Made by a program: the position numbers and the translations under genes. Shown one piece after another: positions 35,452-42,464 of a DNA stretch of 42,464 bases. The notes under the pieces were generated by a model, which saw only the letters and a program-made list of their open reading frames with translations, was not told where the DNA came from and searched no databases. The stretch is from the sequence record SRR20825010_1048. One strand, written 5' to 3'. How positions within the stretch are numbered: position 1 is the stretch's first letter; each line of letters opens with the position of its first letter.

Positions 35452-36486
35452 CTAGCTGTTGCCGGCTGACGCCACCATGCCGCCGCGCAGGCCATCCTGT
35501 TTCACACTCTGGCGCACGATGTCTTCGGGGCTGCCCGCCAGTTCCCGGAACATGCCCATGGAACCCAGCAGGGCGGATGACTCGTAGGGCACGAAGACCC
35601 GTTCCCCTTCCTTGGCCATGTTCGGCAGTACCTTGATGTAGCTTTGCCCCAGCAAATAGCCGATAACGGTCTGCTTGTTCTCTTCGGTGTCACCCATGGC
35701 ACTCAAGACCAGGCGAATGGATTCCTGCTCACCCTGGGCACGCAGGATGGCAGATTCCTTGTCGCCCTGAGCGTTGAGAATGGCGGATTCCCGCTGGCCC
35801 TGGGCCATGGCAATAGCGGCGGACTTCTCACCTTCGGCCTCGGTCACCGTGGCGCGACGCTTACGCTCGGCGGCCATCTGCAGGCGCATGGCTTCTTCCA
35901 CCTCTTCCGGCATGCTGATGTCCTGAACTTCAACGCGAGTCAGCTTCACACCCCACTTTGACGCCGCTTCTTCCATTTCGGCCTGGATGGCGTTGTTCAC
36001 TTCGCTACGGGATTCAAACAGCTTGTCCAGCTCCATCTTACCCACCACGGAGCGCAGGGTGGTTTTGGCCAAAACCTCGACCGCCTGGCTCATGTTGGCC
36101 ACTTCGTAAACCGCACGGCGTGGGTCGATAATCTGGTAGTAAAGCGCGCCGTTGATGTTTACGGTGACGTTGTCGGTGGTTACCACCGGCTGTCCGGGGA
36201 AGTCCATGACGGTTTCGCGGCGGTCAATGCGGGTTTCGAAACTGCTGCTTGGATGATACTCGTCGCCGATGCGCACGTAGCGGGTCATGGTGATGGCGCG
36301 CGGGCGCTCAATGAAGGGGATGATGATGTTAACACCACTCTCCAGTATGCGATTGAATGACCCTAGCCGCTCGATCACCATCACTTCGGACTGGCGCACA
36401 ATCACCAGGCCCTTGGCGATGATGAAAATGCCAATGACGACGAAAATAAGGCTGATCACCAGCCCCGGGGAAATCACGTTTTCCAT
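35452..36486 (-). CDS. SPFH/stomatin-like protein (QmcA-like)
   Basis: VIERLG, QPVVTTDNV, TTLRSVVGKMELD, QMAAERKRRA. Confidence 0.92.
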   Translation of the reverse strand: MENVISPGLVISLIFVVIGIFIIAKGLVIVRQSEVMVIERLGSFNRILESGVNIIIPFIERPRAITMTRYVRIGDEYHPSSSFETRIDRRETVMDFPGQPVVTTDNVTVNINGALYYQIIDPRRAVYEVANMSQAVEVLAKTTLRSVVGKMELDKLFESRSEVNNAIQAEMEEAASKWGVKLTRVEVQDISMPEEVEEAMRLQMAAERKRRATVTEAEGEKSAAIAMAQGQRESAILNAQGDKESAILRAQGEQESIRLVLSAMGDTEENKQTVIGYLLGQSYIKVLPNMAKEGERVFVPYESSALLGSMGMFRELAGSPEDIVRQSVKQDGLRGGMVASAGNS

Positions 36487-36488
36487 GT

Positions 36489-36947
36489 TTACTGCTCCTT
36501 TTTAGTGATCGTGTGAACAACGGCAGTGGTGCCGTCAAAACGTTCGAAAGTAACCTCGGTGCCTGCGGGCAGTTCGGTCATGCCGGTATCGCTGGTGCGC
36601 AGGCGATAGAAGTCGCCGTTGACCTTGATGCCACTGGCACCGTCAAAATCGCGCTTCAGCGTGCGGTACTGCTTGCCCTGCTCGACGCCGGTGCCGGTTG
36701 TCCCGTAAGCGACACCCTTGGGGGAAAATCTCGGTTTGATCCAGCGAATGGCAATGGGTACCAGAATGCCCGAAAACACGCCCATACCGACCAGTTGCCA
36801 TTCGAAAGGCGCGCCGAGAGCGGTCAACAGCGCCGTTAAAGCAGCCGCAATCCCCAGTGCCAGTAGCACCAGCACACCAGACGTCAGTTCTGCGAGACTC
36901 AATACGAGGGCGAGTATCAGCCAGACATGCGTGAGACTCCATTCCAT
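36489..36947 (-). CDS. NfeD-family (YbbJ-like) membrane protein
   Basis: WLILALVLSLAEL, three TM segments, C-terminal GIKVNGDFY OB-like region; directly upstream of the SPFH gene. Confidence 0.85.
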   Translation of the reverse strand: MEWSLTHVWLILALVLSLAELTSGVLVLLALGIAAALTALLTALGAPFEWQLVGMGVFSGILVPIAIRWIKPRFSPKGVAYGTTGTGVEQGKQYRTLKRDFDGASGIKVNGDFYRLRTSDTGMTELPAGTEVTFERFDGTTAVVHTITKKEQ

Positions 36948-37185
36948 ACAGCAACATCCACTAGTGACAGGAAAAAGGGTTGGCCAGGAGAGTGTAACCA
37001 AACCTGGCCAACGTCGTCCCGGATTGTGCACATTCGTGGGGACGGAGTCACGATATTCGTGGTGTAGCTGAACCCCGGGTATCGGGTGGCCCGAATGCCC
37101 CGGTTATAGGCGCGCTTTTGCCATATCCAGCGGCCCGACACCTGTTAGAGTAAGCAACACATCGCACAACAAGAGGTCATCGACC

Positions 37186-38001
37186 ATGAAAGATCTGAAC
37201 AACAGGGTAGCCGTGGTTACCGGCGCGGGTTCCGGCATAGGCCGGGCGCTGGCCGTGGCACTGGCGGAAAAGGGCTGTCGCCTGGCGCTTTCCGATGTCA
37301 ACGAGACAGGCCTTGCGGAAACCGCAGCTGGCTGTAGCGGGGCGGAAGTTCGCACCTATACCCTGGATGTCTCAGACCGGGATGCCATCTACGCTCATGC
37401 TGAGCAGGTCGCCAGGGATTTCGGCCAGGTGAACCTGGTGATTAACAACGCCGGCGTTGCCCTGTCCGCATCTGTGCGGGAGATGACCGACGATGACTTC
37501 AAGTGGGTCATGGATATCGATTTCTGGGGCGTGGCCCATGGTACCCGGGCCTTCCTGCCGCACCTGATCGCCTCCGGGGATGGTCACGTGGTGAATATTT
37601 CCAGCGTGTTCGGACTTATTGGCGTACCCAAGCAAAGCGCCTATAACGCGGCTAAATTCGCAGTTCGTGGCTTTACTGAGTCACTGCGCCAGGAAATGAA
37701 GCTGGAAAAGCAGTCGGTCGCAGTGAGCTGCGTTCATCCCGGTGGCATCCGCACCAACATTGCGAATGCGGCGCGTATGGGTAAATCGGAGAACGCCGAA
37801 GCCCAGCGCAAGGGCTTCGACAAGATCGCCATGACCACTCCGGAAAAGGCGGCGAATATCATCGTCCGTGGCATTCTGAAAGATGAATCCCGAATTCTGG
37901 TCGGGCCCGATGCCTGGGGTATCGATGCCCTGAACCGGATTCTGGGGTCCGCCTACCAGCCTCTGGTTGAGCGTTTTTCGCGGAAAAATCTTTACGTCTG
38001 A
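37186..38001 (+). CDS. Short-chain dehydrogenase/reductase
   Basis: TGAGSGIG, NNAG, SS...YNAAK. Confidence 0.93.
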   Translation: MKDLNNRVAVVTGAGSGIGRALAVALAEKGCRLALSDVNETGLAETAAGCSGAEVRTYTLDVSDRDAIYAHAEQVARDFGQVNLVINNAGVALSASVREMTDDDFKWVMDIDFWGVAHGTRAFLPHLIASGDGHVVNISSVFGLIGVPKQSAYNAAKFAVRGFTESLRQEMKLEKQSVAVSCVHPGGIRTNIANAARMGKSENAEAQRKGFDKIAMTTPEKAANIIVRGILKDESRILVGPDAWGIDALNRILGSAYQPLVERFSRKNLYV

Positions 38002-38140
38002 AACCCTTTTTCATGCTTGCCGTATTTCGGTGGTTTCGCGGCAGTTCGCCGGGATGATTGAAGCCCAGTGACTGCCGCTGTATATTTTGCATACAGCCAC
38101 CGATATTCCAATCTCGCTGTATTTCAGGGAAAGAGGCAGC

Positions 38141-39238
38141 ATGAACACTCCCCAGCACCCGGACCTTGGTGCGTCGCTTGAACAAAGCCGCTCAGGCCTC
38201 CGGGACACCCACCGTCGTTCGTTGATGCGAGCACTGTTTCTCGTGACCGCCTCTGCACTGGTGGTTTTTGGCTGCCTGCAGATTCTGAACGGCTATATCT
38301 GGCTTGCGACGGGAGAGCTCATTGCGAGCCTTATCCTGTTCTTCGGGGTTACCCGAATCAACCGCACACCTCGTTTGCAGGTCTGGATCTACAGTTATCT
38401 GGTAACGGGATTCTCCTTTGCCTTGCTGATCATGCTGGTACCTGAAGCCTCGGTCTCTGCTTTCGTGTGGGTGCTGATGATGCCGGTTCTGGCGTATTTG
38501 CTGTTGGGGAAGAAAGAGGGTTTCCTGCTCAGTGCGCCGTTCATGGTGGCAGGCTGTATCACCTTCTACTTTCACCTGGAGTTTGTCGCTGATGCCGGCG
38601 GCGTGATCGACCTGCTAAACATGATGCTCTGCGCCATCCTGATGCTGGGTTTTATCCATCTATACGAAACCCGTCGCGAGGAAGCCGAGCAGAAGTTGTT
38701 CACCCTTGCCCAGACCGATACGCTCACGGGGCTGGCCAACCGTGCAAACTTCCAGAGCACCCTGGCCCGCACGCTTGCGGAAAGCGCCCGCAGTGGCGCC
38801 GGTTTTGCGTTGGTGATCATGGATATCGACCACTTCAAGGTGGTGAATGACACCTTGGGACATGATGCGGGAGACAAGGTTTTACAGGCGATCGGGCAGC
38901 GCCTGACCGAGCGCCTGCGCACCACGGATGCCGTAGGCCGGCTAGGGGGAGAAGAATTCGGACTGATCCTGCGGGATGTGAAACCGGAGGATTCTTTTGA
39001 GTTAATGGATGAACTGCGTCAACGGATTGCCGACAGCGAGTTGCCCTATGGTGAGGCCACGATTCGGGTAACGGCGTCATTCGGTATTGCACACTACCCC
39101 GACCATGCCACTGACGTAGAGAGCCTGTTCCGGATTGCCGACCGCTGCCTGTTCAGCAGCAAGCGGGCCGGTCGCAACAGGGTCGCCAGGGCGGGCCTTT
39201 CGCCGGTCAAAGGCCCACTTGCGACAGCACGGACTTAG
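38141..39238 (+). CDS. Membrane-bound diguanylate cyclase
   Basis: About five N-terminal TM segments; DIDHFKVVNDTLGHDAGD; RTTD I-site; GGEEF. Confidence 0.92.
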   Translation: MNTPQHPDLGASLEQSRSGLRDTHRRSLMRALFLVTASALVVFGCLQILNGYIWLATGELIASLILFFGVTRINRTPRLQVWIYSYLVTGFSFALLIMLVPEASVSAFVWVLMMPVLAYLLLGKKEGFLLSAPFMVAGCITFYFHLEFVADAGGVIDLLNMMLCAILMLGFIHLYETRREEAEQKLFTLAQTDTLTGLANRANFQSTLARTLAESARSGAGFALVIMDIDHFKVVNDTLGHDAGDKVLQAIGQRLTERLRTTDAVGRLGGEEFGLILRDVKPEDSFELMDELRQRIADSELPYGEATIRVTASFGIAHYPDHATDVESLFRIADRCLFSSKRAGRNRVARAGLSPVKGPLATART

Positions 39239-39267
39239 TGATTATCCAGGGTTACTGACATACAGGG

Positions 39268-40158
39268 TTACTGAATAGTCCGGCGATTCCCCTTCTGATA
39301 CTGCGGGGCAATGTACTCGTTGATCTGTTCCTTGAAGCGAGCAATCAGTTCGCTGTTGTCGTGGTCCCAGGGGTGGAAGCCCGGCTTGAAGTATTCCAGC
39401 CAGGTGGGGATCAGGCTGGAGAAGGTGCCGTTTTTGCCCCACATCCGCCACAAGCCGCGGGCAGAGTCTTTCAGTGAGAAGTTCTTCGGATCATTCAGCA
39501 TCATCCGGGTGGTGAAGTAACTGGCCATTACGCCCAGCGCGGCTGTACTGAACGCCAGGTAAAACGTGCGTTCGGCATAGGTGCCGCCGACCCGGTTGAA
39601 CACGTCGTAGGTCACCGCTTTGTGCTCGGTTTCCTCAATGGCGTGCCAGACCCACAGTGGGCGCATGGTTTCATGCATGTCTTCGCGAACGTCGCTGCGC
39701 TCCAGCAGCATGTCCGCCATCATTGCGGTCATATGTTCCAGGGCGCAGGTAATGGCCAACTGGTGCCGCTTGGGCAGTTTCTTGGCAATGCCCAGCACCA
39801 CTTCCAGGTGCTCTTCCAGTTTCTCCACTGGCATGCCCTGATCCCGCACGTGCTGGTTCATGGACTTATGTTCCAGCGAGTGCATGGCTTCCTGGCCGAT
39901 AAAACCCCTGACTTCCTTTTTCAGCTTGGGATCGTTGATCCGATCCTGGTAGTAGCGGACTGAGTCCACGAAAAACTGCTCGCCCTGCGGGAACAGCACA
40001 GACAGAGCGTTCATGGTGTGGCTCAGGATATAGCTGTTGTTCAGCCAGTAGTGGGGAACCTTCTCCCCGAATTCAAACCCCATACGCTGTGGCTTGATGG
40101 CAACGTTGTCCGGGGTGCGTGCAACCGGCTTTGACTCAGCGGTTTTCGTTCTCAGCAT
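39268..40158 (-). CDS. Predicted metal-dependent hydrolase (PF10118-like)
   Basis: LFPQGEQFF, FIGQEAMHSLEH, WHAIEETEHKAVTYD, YFKPGFHPW. Confidence 0.88.
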   Translation of the reverse strand: MLRTKTAESKPVARTPDNVAIKPQRMGFEFGEKVPHYWLNNSYILSHTMNALSVLFPQGEQFFVDSVRYYQDRINDPKLKKEVRGFIGQEAMHSLEHKSMNQHVRDQGMPVEKLEEHLEVVLGIAKKLPKRHQLAITCALEHMTAMMADMLLERSDVREDMHETMRPLWVWHAIEETEHKAVTYDVFNRVGGTYAERTFYLAFSTAALGVMASYFTTRMMLNDPKNFSLKDSARGLWRMWGKNGTFSSLIPTWLEYFKPGFHPWDHDNSELIARFKEQINEYIAPQYQKGNRRTIQ

Positions 40159-40402
40159 GTCGATACTCCTGCGCTTGGGCGCTATGGCTGATGGGATGGC
40201 ACCAGTGTGGGTGAGTCAACGTGGGCTTTGAATGCGAAAAGGGGACGGCCATCGTGGATTAGGGGCCAGGGGCGGCCTTAATTGACTATGCTGACGTGGT
40301 TACCGGTGCCTCCAGTCACAGTGTGGCTGCGCCGGGCTTCTGATAGCATCGGTGGCAGTGAGCCTTCCCACAACAAATCTCACACAACGAAAAGGAACCT
40401 GC

Positions 40403-41509
40403 ATGGCGAACCCGGGTCCGGATAAAGAACGGCAGATGCTGGGACTGTTCCTGGTTCCCGGTGTGTACCTCCGGGTGCTGGCGGACGTGGTGCGACAACT
40501 GGGCTACAACGACCGTGCCCTGTACGAAGGTATGGCGTTCACGCCCCAGGATCTTAAATCCAATGACAGTCGGGTGTTTGTCACCGATGCTATCGTGATG
40601 GTGGAACGGGCTTTGAACCTGGCCAGCAGAGATGGCTTGAGCTTCATGCTGGCGCGGGAACTGAGGGTCACCATCCATGGCACCCTCGGCTTCGCGGCTC
40701 TGACCAGCCCTACTCTCGCCGGCGCCCTGGATTCGGTTAGGCGCTATCTGCAGTTGCGTGTGCCCTTTCTCACGATGACCCTGACCGATACTGGCGATCA
40801 TGTGTTGGTCCGATTGCGCTCCGAGTTCGACGTGCCCACCCAGTACCGCTTTCTGGCGGAAACCGTCAGTGCCACGCTGATGATGCTGGCGGAACAACTG
40901 ATCGACCGGGAGGATGCGGAAAAACGCGGATTCCCGCTGGAGGATGGCAAGCTCCCTGGCGTGAAGGTACAACTGACCTCTCCGGAGCCGGCCTATTACC
41001 CCAGGTTCGCTCCCCAGCTCCCGGTACCATTCGAATATGGCCAGCCCGAGGAAACCATGGTGTTTCCCAAGGGGTTGCTGGACACCCGCATGCGTCTGGC
41101 GGATGCCGAAGCATCACGGATGGCACGGGACCAGTGCGAGTTCGAACTGCAAAAAGCCCTGAAAGACCAGGGCGACATCACCTATGCCATCCGCAACATG
41201 CTCCACGTGATGCCTGGGCCGTTGCCGTCCCTGGAGGCCATGGCGGAGCGCTTCTGCGTGTCGTCCCGCACCCTGAAGCGACGACTGGCAGAGAAGGACA
41301 CCACCTACCGGGAAATTGTCGAAGCGGTACTGAAAGATCGCGCCATCCAGTTGCTGCGTTACACCAATCAGTCCGTCAGCGAGATCGCCTATGAGCTGGG
41401 CTACGCGGACCTCTCCAATTTCAGTCGTGCGTTCCGCAAATGGACCGGCAAGTCCGCCAGCGAATTCCGCGAGGGTGGTCCGGATCCGGCGCCTGAGGTG
41501 GGGCCGTGA
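40403..41509 (+). CDS. AraC-family transcriptional regulator
   Basis: HGTLGFAALTS N-domain; SSRTLKRRL and IAYELGYADLSNFSRAFRKWTG HTH motifs. Confidence 0.92.
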   Translation: MANPGPDKERQMLGLFLVPGVYLRVLADVVRQLGYNDRALYEGMAFTPQDLKSNDSRVFVTDAIVMVERALNLASRDGLSFMLARELRVTIHGTLGFAALTSPTLAGALDSVRRYLQLRVPFLTMTLTDTGDHVLVRLRSEFDVPTQYRFLAETVSATLMMLAEQLIDREDAEKRGFPLEDGKLPGVKVQLTSPEPAYYPRFAPQLPVPFEYGQPEETMVFPKGLLDTRMRLADAEASRMARDQCEFELQKALKDQGDITYAIRNMLHVMPGPLPSLEAMAERFCVSSRTLKRRLAEKDTTYREIVEAVLKDRAIQLLRYTNQSVSEIAYELGYADLSNFSRAFRKWTGKSASEFREGGPDPAPEVGP

Positions 41510-41694
41510 CAAAAACCTGCCGGTAACGCGACAGGTCAAAAATGCTGTGCTAGCTTGAAAGTTCGGTTATAGAAAAAACAGGACATTGTTGCGATTGAGT
41601 ATCGCAATTACCTGATTGCGACTAGGGAACAACAGCAGTCCATGGCCGTGCGGCTATCTGACTGGCTCGCTAACGCATTGAGTGGGGTCTGTAG

Positions 41695-42201
41695 ATGCCA
41701 CCTTTCGTCAACGGATACATCCGATTCGTGGACGCTGTAAATTACCGTGTTGGTAGAGCGGTGATGTACGGCATCTTTGTCATGGTTGCTATTCTGCTTT
41801 GGTCATCCATTTCCAAAGCGTTTTTCCTGCCCTCTTTATGGACGCTTGAAGCTGCGCAGTTCGCCATGGTGGCGTATTACATCCTGGGCGGTCCCTATTC
41901 AATCCAGCTGGATGCCAATGTTCGCATGGACCTGTTTTATGGTGGCTGGTCCGTCCGTAAAAAAGCCTGGTTCGATGTCTTTACCATTTTCTTCCTGATT
42001 TTCTTTCTGGGCGTGCTCCTGTATGGCGCCTACGACAGCACCAGCTATGCGATTCAATATGGCGAACGCAGCGCATCCGCGTGGCGCCCCTACATGTGGC
42101 CAATCAAGGTGGTGATGTGCATTGGCTTCTCACTCATGCTGTTGCAGGCGATATCAGAGCTTTTCAAAGACATCGCCCGCATTCGGGGAGAAGACATCTG
42201 A
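41695..42201 (+). CDS. TRAP transporter small permease (DctQ-like)
   Basis: Four TM segments; WTLE, NVRMDLFY, LLQAISEL. Confidence 0.88.
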   Translation: MPPFVNGYIRFVDAVNYRVGRAVMYGIFVMVAILLWSSISKAFFLPSLWTLEAAQFAMVAYYILGGPYSIQLDANVRMDLFYGGWSVRKKAWFDVFTIFFLIFFLGVLLYGAYDSTSYAIQYGERSASAWRPYMWPIKVVMCIGFSLMLLQAISELFKDIARIRGEDI

Positions 42202-42464
42202 TGTCTTACGATCTCATCGCCATTTTCATGTTCGCCTCAATGATGCTGATGCTGATGACCGGACAGCGCGTGTTTGGTGCCATTGGTGCCGTCGCCGCGG
42301 TGTCAGCACTGGCACTGTGGGGGACCGGTGGTTCCGACATTCCTTTCTCATCGGCGATGAAGCTGATGAACTGGTATCCGTTGCTGACGCTGCCCATGTT
42401 TATCTTCATGGGCTACGTGCTCTCGGAATCGAAAATCGCCGACGATCTCTACCGGATGTTCCAT
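42201..42464 (+). CDS. TRAP transporter large permease (DctM-like), 5' partial
   Basis: MSYDLIAIFMF...LLTLPMFIFMGYVLSESKIADDLY; the start overlaps the dctQ stop and the ORF runs off the window. Confidence 0.88.
   Translation, partial: MSYDLIAIFMFASMMLMLMTGQRVFGAIGAVAAVSALALWGTGGSDIPFSSAMKLMNWYPLLTLPMFIFMGYVLSESKIADDLYRMFH

Noticed and set aside
1-42464. Mobile elements, prophage, tRNA/rRNA, CRISPR, defence systems
   Set aside because: No transposase, integrase, phage or cas ORFs, and no repeat-spacer array or structural RNA was recognised by eye. A covariance-model scan was not possible.

Overview
Chromosomal window from a GC-rich halophilic gammaproteobacterium. Gene content and ectA-ectB-ask without ectC suggest Marinobacter (inference). 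Left to right: (1) end of an NAD-dependent formate dehydrogenase operon (fdsA end, fdhD, fdsD). (2) Fur-boxed siderophore-uptake island: two IutA/RhtA-like TonB receptors, a FecBCDE-type ABC transporter and a sucrase/ferredoxin-like Fe-S protein, with no biosynthesis genes. (3) A ~13.5 kb cluster (10649-24089) around an ECF sigma/ZAS anti-sigma pair: DUF547, YxeMNO/Tcy-like ABC importer, tandem DsbA/GST-kappa protein, DedA/TVP38, permuted NlpC/P60, DoxX, DedA-fused flavin disulfide reductase, Cys-rich radical SAM, Na+/solute symporter and an atypical metallophosphoesterase. Six intergenic copies of the motif T(G/A)(T/G)AAC-N16-TGTC link it together. This is the best candidate for an undescribed system. 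(4) ectA-ectB-ask with an EctR-like operator. (5) An extra RpoS/RpoD-like sigma factor and a convergent small-ORF/DUF3429 unit, both behind RpoE-ChrR-type promoters. (6) Housekeeping and accessory genes: tag, pdxH, DUF748, yfbR, NfeD/SPFH, SDR, diguanylate cyclase, PF10118 protein, AraC, TRAP. I saw no tRNA, rRNA, CRISPR array or mobile element. All family calls come from recognising motifs by eye, not from database searches.
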